From the NCBI RefSeq assembly GCF_006345805.1, contig NC_042997.1, forward strand, positions 185,690,001 to 185,754,000: a DNA stretch of 64,000 nt, given 5' to 3'. This DNA is from Octopus sinensis (Eukaryota). Shown in pieces: positions 1-13,194 of this stretch (within the stretch, counting starts at the first letter, position 1; each line of letters starts with the position of its first letter). The translations under genes and the position numbers were made by a program. The notes under the pieces were generated by a model. That model worked only from the letters and a program-made list of their open reading frames with translations. It was not told the origin of the DNA and made no database searches.

Positions 1-661
1 ACATATATATTTTTTTAGGGAGAAAAGAAAAATATCAGCTCGTTGCCTATAGTAATGTAAAATAGATAAAGGATAGCGGAACGGGTGTTAAGAACAGAAA
101 TATGTTCTAATAGGTATCTAATTTTTAAATAGAGTATTAAACTAAGTGAATTAATAGTAGGTGTTTAAAAACAAATTTTGATGCGATAATAATACTTGAC
201 AGTAAGAAAACTTGAGGAGGACATATCAAGGTTCTCATTAAAGTATTGTTTACCGTACAGAAATATATTTCGTAATTTGATATGTGTATCGGGTATGATG
301 TTTATATACTAAAAAGAGAGGGAAAAATTTGAATGTAGCAATTTCCTTAGCATTAAAAATATGAATGTGGCAACTTCCTTGGCATTAAACCATATACTTG
401 GGGATTCCCATCATCCACATGTAAGACTGAAGCATATATGTAGGTTCTTTTTTTATGTTTTTATTAAAAATTTTGAGCTTTCAACTCACAATCAATTTAT
501 TTATTTGTAATGTTTGTTTAAAAAAAACATCATCTTTTTATAACATGCAAATAAAATCAGTAATTACATCCATTTATTCTCCATTTTCTTCTTGCTTTTC
601 CTCAATATATAAAAATGCATGTGTGTATATATATATATATATACACATACACATATATACA

Positions 662-1652
662 TATTGCCAACCTTGCTAGCTATGCAGATGATACAAAACT
701 CTCCCACACAATACAAAACCCTGGAAATATTGCACATCTGCAACAGGAGTTGGATACAATATACAGGTGGGCTGAGGATAACAACATGCTGTTTAATGCA
801 GGTAAGTTCAGGCCCTACGCTACCGGCACACAAAGGTAAACGACATGCAGACTGGATACACTGGCCCGGGAAGAATTGTAATTCCTGAGTCAAAATCAGT
901 GCGTGACCTGGGCATTGACATGAGCAATGATGCATCTTTCCAAGTGCATATTACTAAATTGGTGATAAAATGCAGACGGCTAGCTGGATAGATTCTTCGA
1001 ACTTTCAGAACAAGAGAGAAGGAGACACTGATAGTCCTGTGGAAAACTTTCGTCCTCCCGACTATGGTCACCACACAATATAAAGCTAACAGCAGAACTC
1101 GAAGCAATTCAAAGTAGCTACACTAAGTAGATCGTCTCAATGCAACATATCAGCTACTGGGAAAGACTGAAAGATTTAAAACTCTTCTCCCTAGAGCGAA
1201 GGCGGGAGAGATATGAAGTGATATACACCTGGAAAATCCTGGAGGGTCTTGTCCCAAACTTTGGCATTCAAAGTTACCCCAACCGCAAAATGGGACGCCA
1301 CTGCATGGTGCCAAAGATTCCAACATCACCATCAAAATACAGGACCAGATACTGCAACAGCTTGGGTTTCAGAGGACCACATCTCTTCAACATCCTCCCC
1401 AAGTGCCTGAGAGACTTGCATGGTGTGGATGTGGGTTTCTTTAAAACTAAACTGGATCTCTTCTTGTCGGGGGTCCCAGATGAACCTACCTCTCGGCAGG
1501 AGACACAGATGCGAGCAGCGGCATCGAACTCCCTTGTTGATCAAGTGCCACGTATCAGAGGTGGATTCACATACCAGTGTAGCTCATTCAGCGGTGTGCC
1601 CCAGCGTGGCCGCAGCCTTTGGGCTGAAATATTTTAAAGGATTTAAGGATTT
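662..1652 (+). mobile_element. 5'-truncated, decayed non-LTR retrotransposon (L2/CR1-like): RT C-terminal half, 3' UTR stem-loop and short repeat tail
   Basis: Frames read ANLASYADDTKL (YADD at 681-692), LQQELDTIYRWAEDNNMLFNAGKF, VRDLGIDMSNDASF, and ISYWERLKDLKLFSLERRRERYEVIYTWKILEGLVPN (ORF 1140-1637). There are frameshifts and an in-frame TAG. The element ends in a CAGCC-TTTG-GGCTG hairpin and a ttaaaggat/ttaaggat tail. Confidence 0.9.
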
Positions 1653-1653
1653 T

Positions 1654-1654
<1 letters not shown>

Positions 1655-1686
<32 letters not shown>

Positions 1687-1764
1687 ATATATATATAATA
1701 TATATATATATATATTATATGTATATTTATATATATATATGTATATATGTATACGTATATATAT

Positions 1765-1809
<45 letters not shown>

Positions 1810-1845
1810 CAGACAGACAGATAGATAGGCAGATATATAGATATA
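1655..1845. repeat. Compound microsatellite (TA)n/(TG)n/(GA)n/(GACA)/(GATA)
   Basis: Read directly. It is representative of dozens of similar tracts across the window. Confidence 0.95.
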
Positions 1846-2544
1846 TGTATACTTTCTTTTCAACCACATTGATTTTCCTATCGTCTTTCCACATTTATTT
1901 ATGTAAGGAAGGACTGGCGTGCGAAACATCTCGACTTTTTCCATTTTGTTTTAAGTATGAAGTTAATACGTTTTTATAATATAAGCTTGCATATGCATAT
2001 ATTATGTATTTATATATATATTGCTTGTATGTATGTATCTTCGTATGTATGTGTATGTATATATAAGTGTGTTTGTACGCGTATGCCTTCTTTGGGTATC
2101 TGACTCCTTGACTAAATATATCTACATAGCTGCTTTGATATTCATCAATTTGTATAAGCGAAAATCGTGGAATACATTCACATCCAGCGCTCAAAATAGG
2201 CGCACGTGCGTAATCGCACACATACACACACATACACACAAACAGATAGATGGGCGCATAATATCGCAATGAAAAAGAAAGGTACCATGTTTATCAAATT
2301 ATGTAGACTGCAATAAAGATATTTTATCATATATTTGTAAATAGATTCGAGAATAACGCTACCATATATTTCAACATATCTGAGAATGTATAAAATATAT
2401 GATGAATTTGATCAGCTTTATTTTTCATTTCTTTCACACACTCATACACACACAGGACCACGCGTATATATATGTATGACTGTACATATGCGAGAATATA
2501 TATATATGTGCATGCATACAGAGAGAAAAGGCCGGTGATAGAGG

Positions 2545-2621
<77 letters not shown>

Positions 2622-3028
2622 AATTTTAGTGCAGTAACTTATTTGAAAGGGAAAAATATAAATTTCATTATTTTCATTCACTAGAGACATTTATGAAAGC
2701 TTAGGCACTTTAATTTATGCATATGTATATGGGTGTAGATATATATGCATATATATATATATATATAGATATATCTATATATGAAACTATATATATGTGC
2801 ATATACACGAGCCTGTATATATATATATAATATATATATATATATATTATATATATATTATATATATATATATATATATCTATATTATATATATATTATA
2901 TATACACGGCATGGCTGTGTTAATATAATTAATATTTATGAGTATGTTAAAGTACAAAAAGGGACTATTTAATATGTGCACCGTGTTTTATTTGAATATG
3001 ATGATTTTTTTGTTTGTTTTTTGCTGTA

Positions 3029-3064
3029 GTTTCAGCTGATAGCTGCGGCCACGCTGGTGCATCG
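3029..3064 (-). mobile_element. 3' tail fragment of CORE-type SINE family (variant stem CAGCT-ATC-AGCTG)
   Basis: The reverse complement reads gcaccagcgtggccgcagctatcagctgaaac, which matches the SINE/LINE 3' tail motif. Confidence 0.6.
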
Positions 3065-3095
3065 AAATAAAATCTGGATCGGATACGTAGAAGAT

Positions 3096-3414
3096 ACTTG
3101 GGGAAGTGTCTTCTACTATAGCCCTGTGCTGATCAAAGCCTTTTGAATGGATTTGTTAGACCAAAACTGAGAGACGCCGTCGTATGTAATGTATATATAT
3201 GCCTCTCCGTGTGTGTCTTTGTGTCTATTTCAGTTCGCTACCACCACTTGACAACTGGTGTTTGTGTGTTCATGTCCCGGTATCTTAGTAGTTCGGGAAA
3301 GGAGACCTAAAAAATAAGTACTAAGCTTTAAAAAATAAGTACTGGGGCCGATTCCTTCGATTAAAACCCTTCTAGGCGGTGCCGTAGCATGGCTGCATTT
3401 GAATGACTGAAGCA
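3096..3414 (+). mobile_element. CORE-type tRNA-derived SINE, 5'-truncated and diverged
   Basis: Contains cttggggaagtgtcttctactatagcc ... aataagtact ... ggcggtgccgtagcatggctgca...tgactgaa, homologous to the copy at 8495-8872. Confidence 0.8.
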
Positions 3415-3664
3415 ATTACGATAGAACTATATATATATATATAGAAATATTACATTTCTAAATATCTCAGAGATATACAAGCAGTAGTGGTACGATAGAG
3501 TAGTTGTATACTATCAACTTAATGTGACCGTCCCATAAAGGGAATCACACCCATGTTTTTTAGCCCTAGGATGCATCAACGCTTCCTGTCGGTCTTGACA
3601 CATTTCCTGCGTCCTTATGTTTACAAGGGGGAGACAAGCACCTCCACCCAGCAAAACCTACAAT

Positions 3665-3703
3665 CAGAGACTAGTTTCTGAGTCTTTGCTCGTCATCAGT
3701 CTG
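3665..3703 (-). ncRNA. Minimal type I hammerhead ribozyme motif (probably within a Penelope-like pLTR remnant)
   Basis: The minus strand reads CAGA-CUGAUGA-cGAG caaaga CUCa-GAAA-CUAG-UC^-UCUG. It has a canonical core, a 4-bp stem I, a stem II with a C.A mismatch at its base, and a palindromic ACUAGU stem III. Confidence 0.75.
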
Positions 3704-4204
3704 GAGTAGCATAGTTATATCTTACACTAGCAGAGCTAGTCTTGAACACATTATCGACTGGACGTACAGAATATATATATATATATATACATATATTATA
3801 TATGTTATATATAAATATATACTCATATATACATGCATAATCGAACACACGTATACAAGGTAAAAATTCAAATATGTGAATCATCAAAAACAGCTCCAGG
3901 GATATAAACAATATCAAACACACATACACAAGGTGTTTTACTAGTTCGTGGGCAGGCTGCGCTTATAGGCGTAAGAGAATATATTCTCTTCATGCGTCTG
4001 GTGTTAAAAGACCTATAAGTCATAGATACGTGAGGTAACTCGCAGTAGATCCATTGAGGAGCGATAGGCATCAATATCTTTTCATTTTTGTGACTTTTCA
4101 CTACCACGTACCCGAAACGAGGCCTCATGCAAGCAAAATCGCTGTCTATGACGATATGGCCAATGGTGTAAGAAGTACCTGCTAGTATGTCCTAACGTTT
4201 TAAT

Positions 4205-4304
4205 NNNNNNNNNNNNNNNNNNNNNNNNNNNNNNNNNNNNNNNNNNNNNNNNNNNNNNNNNNNNNNNNNNNNNNNNNNNNNNNNNNNNNNNNNNNNNNNN
4301 NNNN
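4205..4304. other. Assembly gap (100 N)
   Basis: Run of exactly 100 N. Confidence 1.
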
Positions 4305-4361
4305 TGAAAGATTCACTATAAAATCATCTTAGCATTTTCTATTTTACTTGTTTTTTCATAT

Positions 4362-4392
<31 letters not shown>

Positions 4393-4803
4393 GTATATAT
4401 CTATAATATAGATATATATATATATATATACATACATACATATTATATATATATATTTAAATGCAACAGAGTTAGCTGTTATAATAACCAACTAAGGGAT
4501 AAATATTCGTATATACTATCAGTATACGTTATGTCTTGTTTGTATCAATCAACAAGCTTTAAATGTGGTCCAATCGATGTGCCGGTTAATCTACGCTTTC
4601 TCCATTTTCTAGTTATTTATATAAATATAAATATATATATATTATATTATATATATATATATTTAATATATTATATATATGTATGTATATATATATGTAT
4701 ATATATATATATATATATAATATATATATTATATTATATTACATACATACATACATATGAAAACAATAATGAGCAACCAAAACATTTGGCATCATTATAC
4801 ACT

Positions 4804-4896
<93 letters not shown>

Positions 4897-4897
<1 letters not shown>

Positions 4898-5126
4898 TTC
4901 ACGTTGCTCCAGTTCACTGAGCTGTAGAAATGAGTTGCGATGTCACTGATGCCAATCTGTATCAACCTTTGCCTTTCCTGTGGATAACATCAGCAGCGTC
5001 GAGAGAGGAGTCTGGTATGCATGGGCGATTGCTGTTCTTCCATAAACAACCTTGCCAGCATTTGTGCCTCGGAGAGTAACTTTCTCGGTGCAATCCCATG
5101 GTCATTCATGACTGAAGGCGGTCTTC
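4897..5126 (+). mobile_element. SINE fragment: head/core type D + tail type E
   Basis: ttcacgttgctccagttcactgagctg (shared with 46926-47188 and 58077-58394) is joined to the tail ...catgggcga..gct..tcttccataaacaacc...gcaatcccatggtcattcatgac (shared with 16899-17151). Confidence 0.75.
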
Positions 5127-5688
5127 GCACACTTTTTTAAATTCAATTTGTATGAAGTATTAAACATTAAACAGCAGTGTGGTCGAACAAATTTGATTGG
5201 CTATGTGGTCGATGATGTCATCTCTTTTATCGTCGATTAACAAGATCTGGTTCAACTTTCAAGTTAATTAGCAGGAACTTTAACTCATATCAGCATATTG
5301 AGATAAGATCGGAATTTCTTCGCTTCTATTTGGAGTGGGATACACACTTGTGATTATATGTGTACGAGAGTGTGTATTGAGGAATTTTCTTATAAACAAA
5401 TCTTTCGTCTAATTTATGGAATGCTGAATATTAACTGATATGTAAATACTGCGATTTAGATAAAATGCTTATTTTAATCACACCCAAGCCGAGGAGACGC
5501 AACTTCGTGGAAATCCCAATCCTTCGCTTGTTAAACGGCTTGCAGGGTTTATAATCTCAAAATAGAGTTAGAGGAAGGTTAAGATTTATTTCTCATCTAA
5601 ATTTATTCCAAATATTCCTTCCTGAAGTTCTACATAATATATGTGTACATAGACACGCATCTAGTTATACTACATACAATCCCATAAG

Positions 5689-5862
5689 CCGCTTTGAAGA
5701 ATTTTTAGTCAAATGAATCGAACCCAGTCGATTTTTAGCCCTGGTACTTATTCTATTGATCTTTATGGCGAACCGCTAGGTTACGGGAACTAAAGAAAAC
5801 AAGACTGGTTGTCAAGCGCTGGCTGGGGACAAACAGGCACAAAGACACACACACGCATATGT
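5689..5862 (-). mobile_element. CORE-type SINE fragment
   Basis: Contains ctggtacttattctattgatc...gaaccgctaggttacggg...gttgtcaagcg...gacaaac, homologous to the other copies. Confidence 0.65.
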
Positions 5863-5926
5863 GTGTGTGTGTGTTTGTATGTATGTATATATATTTATAT
5901 ATAAGTATATATGTAATATATATATA

Positions 5927-6206
5927 CATGGTGTCCCAAAGTACATTTTAGTACCGGTTTCCGTCATATCAGACTTTTTCAACGATGAGTAAGATAAGAA
6001 AAACAATTAAATTGGAGAAAAATTAAGTGAAATATTTTGTAGATATTTTCATACTCTTTGAATAGGTAAATATTTCCAGTTTTCAGGCAGTCTGTCTCTC
6101 TCTACAAAACATTTCATTGACTTTTTTCTCCAATTGAATTGTTTTTCGTATTTTATTCTTAGTTGAAAAAGTCTAAAATAGCGGAAACCGGTACTAAAAT
6201 GTACTT
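5927..6206. mobile_element. Tc1/mariner-type MITE (fold-back), right terminus clipped
   Basis: Perfect 25-bp inverted repeat at 5939-5963 / 6182-6206, continuing as an imperfect IR to about 85 bp. The left end TA|CATGGTGTCCCAAA resembles Tc1/pogo-type termini. Confidence 0.7.
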
Positions 6207-6285
6207 CAAGATATAATTATTTTAGGATTTTCTACCTTGTCTTATTTTCCTGATACATATCAACTCGTGTGTTACTTTTCTACCT

Positions 6286-6330
<45 letters not shown>

Positions 6331-6840
6331 CACACACACGCACACAAACAAACACGCACACACACACACATATATACATAATTTCAATATGGAGCAAATA
6401 ATTCAGGAGAAAATATTTGCGAAGATATTATTGAATCTCTAATTAGCTAGTTTACCAATTAAAAATGATAATAACAGAATCAATAATATAGGTGAATGCA
6501 GCCCCCCTCCAAAAAAAGCATTTAATAGCTGAAGGATTCAAATTAATCGAAGGACATACAAGATATGTCTACCTGCTTATTTAAATCCCCGAAAAAAACT
6601 GATGATAACTACAGAAATCAAACGTCTGCATGCGAACGATCTAAGACAATCTCTCAACATACATTTAAGTATTTGGACTCACATACACACACATACACAT
6701 ATATAATTTCGGTAAATATTTTATTCTTTTCGATCCTTCTCTGATCAATTTCTTTACTTCATTGCCAAAGAGAGATCATTGGCTGAAACGTAGAACAATC
6801 CTTATATTATATGTGTTTCTCGTTTCATTAAACTAAGGTT

Positions 6841-6891
<51 letters not shown>

Positions 6892-7313
6892 ACCCACACA
6901 CACACACATACATACACACACAGAGGTTTAAATAAGGACATAACGGTTCCCTTCGTGTTTGCGTTTTTCACACTCCTCGAACAGCCTTCATTGTAAGTAT
7001 AGGCATTCGAATATTATAAGGCCCTGACAAGTGTGAACGTAAGCCTAATCTCCCGCCCTCCGTGAAAGAAGAAAAAGAAAAACTAAACTTGAGAGAAATG
7101 GAACATATATATAGCTACAAACAAACACACATATTCACGCACACATATTTATATATTGTATATATGCATATACCTTATATATATTCTCTATTTACTAATT
7201 TATCTTATATATATAGATACATGCATACATATATCATATACATATATACATACTTACATATATATATTTATATAAATATGTAACTTACATGCACACATAT
7301 ACATACATACATA

Positions 7314-7397
<84 letters not shown>

Positions 7398-7623
7398 TAT
7401 ATATATAATATACATACATATATCATATACATATATACATACTTACATATATATATTTATATAAATATATGTATACTTACATGCACACATATACATACAT
7501 ACATATATATATATATAATTATATATATATATATATAATACATACATATACATACTTATATATATATATTGCTTTAACAGCAGCAGCAATAACAACATTA
7601 GAAATACTAATGTCGACAACTGC

Positions 7624-7670
<47 letters not shown>

Positions 7671-7761
7671 CAGTAGTAGCAGCAGCAGCAGCGGCGGCGG
7701 CGGCAATAATAATGATAATGATAATAATAACAATAACAACAACAACAACAACAACAACAAC

Positions 7762-7812
<51 letters not shown>

Positions 7813-8494
7813 ACAAGAATCAATCATTTTAACTCGAAAAAATAATATGAAACGAAACGCAAACAAAATGGAAAACAGCACAGAAACTCAAGGAATATTT
7901 TTTAAAATTGACATATTTTAAGAGTTTTCTTTAGACTATTGTCAGGAGCCAGACTGTCAGAAGAATTTGAGAATTACGCCATGCCAAAATTACAAGTCAG
8001 TTGGAAAATTAGGTGCGTTTAACCAGATAAGAACTCCAGGAATAGTAATAATATCAGTCCTTATTTTCCCATTTACATTCTACCTACCCAAAACCCCGCT
8101 TTCTTTTTTATGGCATACAGTTACACCCGCACACACACTCACACATATATACATATATACATGCCTAAATACATATTTAGCTAGATTTATGTGTGTGTCT
8201 CTTATGTATATACATGTATACATACATAGGAATGCATACACATTCATATATATATATATATATGCCGGTGGGACTGAACGTAATGGGATGTAACTAAAGA
8301 CGGCAAAGCATTTTATCCGGACTCTTTACAGATTTTGCAAATCGATCGCCCTTTTACACAGAGAAATCCCATTTGGCGACAAGAAATACAATACTTCTCC
8401 TCCACTCTCAGTAAATTAAGCTGGCAGATTTTGTAATTAATAACTTACCAGAACTGTGTACTTACATATGACTGAGTATCTCTGTATATATGTA

Positions 8495-8872
8495 CGTAGG
8501 AGTCGCTGTGTGTTAAGTAGCTCGCTTACGAACCGCATGGTTCTGTATTCAGTCCCACTGCGTAGCATCTTGGGCAAGTGTCTTCTACTATAAGCCTCGG
8601 GCGGACCAAAGACTTGTGAGTGGATTTGGTAGACGGAAACTGAAAGAAACCTGTCGTATATATCTATATATATATGTGTGTGTGTGTGTTTGTGTGTCTG
8701 TGTTTGTCCCCCTAGCATTGCTTCACAACCGATGCTGGTTCGACAAAAAAGACCAATAGAATAAGTACTAGGCTTACAAAGAATAAGTCCTGGGGTCGAT
8801 TTGCTCGACTAAAGGTGGTGCTCCAGCAGAGCCGCAGTCAAATGACTGAAACAAGTAAAAGAGTTAAAGAGT
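8495..8872 (+). mobile_element. Near full-length CORE-type tRNA-derived SINE
   Basis: tRNA-like head, CORE-like cttgggcaagtgtctt, internal (TA)/(TG) microsatellite, 3' CAGTC-AAAT-GACTG hairpin and aaaagagt tail. Confidence 0.9.
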
Positions 8873-9879
8873 ATGCGCACACACACACCGATACAAATAT
8901 TTTTACATACACACAGATATATATGTATATATTTATATATATACATATGTATATGGTGGGCTTCCACACAATTTCTGTTTAAAGTTGGCCTTCGAAAAAC
9001 AACGGTCGACTCGGAGAGAGGTGTAAGATGATATGACGTTCAGTGCGACTGAACCCAAAATCATATCTATACGAAGTGAATGTGTAAACCATTCAGTCAT
9101 GTATATAAGATATGCTTAATCAAGTGTTCGACTGTTGCAGCTGACCACTTTGAATGCTATTACACCAACTGGATAAGATAGAATGCAAGGAGACGTTGAA
9201 CAAGTTCTGAGCACTCAGCACACGAATAAAGTGTATAACTCTGTGTTATACATATTATTACACACCGCGGGTGGCGGGACGTGAGCGTGTACGCGTTGCA
9301 CGTGTGTTGTCTCTGTGTAAGTAAATTTCTGTGGCTCATGTATTATGTATGGGAATGTACACTGTGTCCTATACAAGAATGTGCAAATTTCCTCTCACAA
9401 TCTTCTCACTACATTAGTGACCTAATTTTGTTATTTCTAATAGTACTCAGCTTTAAGTTGGTGCTATAAACTACCCTTTTTTACGCCGAAAACCTCCGCA
9501 CAAAAGTGATATCTGCATCAGAATTGAACATTTCAAAAAACAATATTAAATTGCAATTTTACAAACATAAAGACTTCATCACCATATCGAACACAGAAAA
9601 CGCTTTTTTGTATTTTGCCCTTACGATGTTCCATATATGCACAACACACATCCTAACACACACATGGTCTTTTCAAAATGCTAGCTTGCACAATCTCGAT
9701 TGATTCTGAAAAGTTTCACTTAAAATTCTACTCCAGTTGCTAGTTCACAAACATGCAGTTACTCCACAAATTATCCACATTATCAACTGATATTACGTGT
9801 GGAATCGTGAAATTTACATGAATTCTCAAGCCACGATAGTTAGGCATACAAGTTACATTTCCTGTGTCATTTCACATAT

Positions 9880-10040
9880 CCAGCTTTCAAAATTTCCTCC
9901 AGTCCTTATCTTCAGAATTAAGTCCCTTTGGAATTCACGCCCTGCCTCGTTTTTTCCCTATCAACATTGACCGAGCGTTTTACAAGCCAGACATCAGATG
10001 CAACAATCTTACTAGAGTGAGAGGGGCTACAGTCTTCCAC

Positions 10041-10045
<5 letters not shown>
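9880..10045 (+). mobile_element. Decayed LINE 3' end (CR1/Jockey-like C-terminus)
   Basis: Translation LSPFGIHALPRFFPINIDRAFYKPDI resembles the WNSLP..FP...L..FK C-terminal motif and the fragment at 18749-18968. Confidence 0.4.
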
Positions 10046-10081
<36 letters not shown>

Positions 10082-10429
10082 TACGCATATGTATATAAAA
10101 GTATATACGTAGATGTGTACGTATACACATACATTATCACGTACACGCATACACACCGAGTCTCAGGCAAACACTTTACCGTGATATGTTTATCTACAAT
10201 ACTTGTTGGTAGAAGTATGTTCTGGCGTATATTTACTTAACTATTCAGGAACAGACAAGCACATGTATGCACGAATATAAGTATGTATGTGTATATGTCG
10301 ATGTATGTTTACGTATGTATGTATGTATGTATGTATGTATGTATGTATGTATGTATGTATGTATGTATGTATGTATCTGTTTTTCTCGTTCCTTTTTAAC
10401 CACTCTGTGTTAACGCATACTTAACACGA

Positions 10430-10452
10430 GTAATAAAAATAAAATAATAATA

Positions 10453-10507
<55 letters not shown>

Positions 10508-10668
10508 GATAATGATGATGATGATGGTGTTGATGATGATGGTGATGATGGTGATGTTGATGATGATGATGATATAATAATATCAATAAGGAAAAGAAGA
10601 AGAGGAAGGGAAAAAGGAGGAGGATGAGGAGGAGAAGAAGACTAGCAACAACACGAGTATTAAAAAGA

Positions 10669-10713
<45 letters not shown>

Positions 10714-11019
10714 GATGATGATGATTATGATGATGATGAAAAGAAGAAGAGGGAAGAGAAAAAGGAGAAGGAGGAGGAGAAGAAGAAAACTAACAACATG
10801 AATATTAAAAAGAAATGATAATAATAATAATAAAAATAATAATAATAATGATAATAATAATAATAACGATAATGATGATGATGTTGATGTTGATGATGAT
10901 GGTGATGATGATGATGATGATGATGATGATATAATAATATCAATAAGGAAAAGAAGAAGAGGAAGGGAAAAAGGAGGAGGAGGAGAAGAAGACTAGCAAC
11001 AACACGAGTATTAAAAAGA

Positions 11020-11054
<35 letters not shown>

Positions 11055-11077
11055 TAATAATCATAATAATAATAATC

Positions 11078-11135
<58 letters not shown>

Positions 11136-11365
11136 TAATAACAATAATAATAATAATAATAACGATAATGATGATGATGATGATGATGATGATGATTAAT
11201 AATATCAATGAGGAAAGGAGAAGAGGAAGGGAAAAAGGATGAGGATGAGGGGGAGAAGAAGACTAGCAAGAACATGAGTATTAAAAGAAATAATAATAAT
11301 AATGATAATAATAATAATAATAATAATATGATAACAATAATAAATAATAATAATAATAATAATAA

Positions 11366-11400
<35 letters not shown>
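10430..11400. repeat. Higher-order repeat of compound trinucleotide tracts (AAT)-(GAT)-(GAA/GAG)
   Basis: The anchor (g/a)acta(g/a)caacaacacgagtattaaaaagaaa recurs near 10641, 10788, 10991 and 11261 between the same ordered microsatellite blocks. Confidence 0.85.
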
Positions 11401-11766
11401 ATCCAAGATGGAGGTGTATGTAGAGGTTTGTAAAAGCAGAAGTCAGATCTGTCAAAACATAACTTCGCTAATTGTACTGTTGATATTGTTGGGTATACGA
11501 GTGTTGTGTAAACCAGAAGACTAAAATCATAGACACGTAATGACTAGTAAGTTCTATGGTTGCAGTCTATTACAAGGCGCTGAGATTGGTGGAGCGTTTG
11601 GTTGTTGCTTCGTTTGTCGTCGTCGTCTTCTTGTTTTTTCTACTGAGTTTTTCGTTCTTTTCTTTTCACTGATGCGTGTGATTATTATTTTTTCGGTGGT
11701 AATGGAGTTAATGGTGAGGGTGGTCTCGATATTGTCTGAAGCTATTATTAAATATTATTATTATTA

Positions 11767-11842
<76 letters not shown>

Positions 11843-12375
11843 GAGTGAGAGAGCAGTGCATGCCATCAAAGTGACACTGGGGTAAAATATACGAAGCCCA
11901 ATATACCCATCATGACTACCCGTCTGATAAGGGTACACCAGGCACATGCATCACAACCATATGTGCGCGACATGGTGATTTCATATCAAGATAAACAGCA
12001 CATGACCTTGCAGGTGGGGCCCAGTTAGAATTTTCTTCAGGTTGAGTAGCCCATCCCGCTCAAAAGGTCCCTGAATAAGGGTTGTTTAAGGATGTAGAAA
12101 GAACCACCCATGTTTCCAGAGGTGTACTATTCAAACCCCAAAGAATCCCTCTCAACACATGGCTATGATGCTCCCCCACTACTTCTGCTCGTGATCAGAG
12201 ATGCACATATCGTCAGCCACTAAGGGACATGCTCAACTGGTTAAGATCAAACAACTGACAAGCAAATCTGTGGTATCGAGCAGAATGTTTTCTGTAGCCC
12301 ATCTTTTATACCAAGACAAAATAATGTACATGATAACACTTCCAATCAGTTAAGATCAGAAGCCATGAGGGCCAC

Positions 12376-12376
<1 letters not shown>
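11843..12376 (-). mobile_element. Non-coding (TAA)n-inserted element, slightly 5'-truncated
   Basis: Homologous to the full copies at 33612, 42646 and 44559, and flanked by (TAT)n on both sides. Confidence 0.88.
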
Positions 12377-12424
<48 letters not shown>

Positions 12425-12679
12425 GTTGTTGTTGTTGTTGTTGTTGTTAGTAGTAGTACTAGTAATAGTAGTAGTAGTTGTTGTTTTTGTTGTAGTAGTA
12501 GTAATAATAGTTGTAGTAGTAGTAGAAGTGTTAGTAATAGTAGTGGTAATGGTGGTGTTAGTAGTAGTAATAGTATTGCTGTTGCTGTTGTTGTTGTTAT
12601 TATTATTATTATTTTTTTTTTAGCGTTGTTTGCGTCATTGTCGTCGTCGTTATTGACGTTGTTGTTGTTGATGACGCTA

Positions 12680-12717
<38 letters not shown>

Positions 12718-12737
12718 ATTGATGATGATGATGGTAT

Positions 12738-12769
<32 letters not shown>

Positions 12770-13120
12770 GTGTTGTTGTTGTTGTTATTCCACTCAGGCT
12801 GACTTTGCTTTTGATCCTTTCAGGGGTCGATAAATGGAGTACCAGTTGGGCACTGGAGTTGACATAATCGACTTGTTCCTTCTCCCTCTAAAACTTTTTG
12901 ACCTTCTGCCAAAATTTGAAAAGCATTAATTATTATGAACACCTCCTCCCTATTAAGAATTACACATTCTTGATTTTTTCCCACTATGTTAGTCTTGCTT
13001 ACACGCAATACCCTCACATCAGCCCATATACTCACACATATACATACACACACATTCTGTGTTTTGTCCTCTTCTGTTCATAATGTTTTACTTAATGTAA
13101 ACCCTTTACGGTTAATAAAC

Positions 13121-13155
<35 letters not shown>

Positions 13156-13194
13156 TTCTTCTTCTTCTTCATTATTATTATTATTACTATTATT

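Noticed and set aside
6596-6632. CTGATGA...GAAA...GTC motif
   Set aside because: No stem I or stem II pairing.
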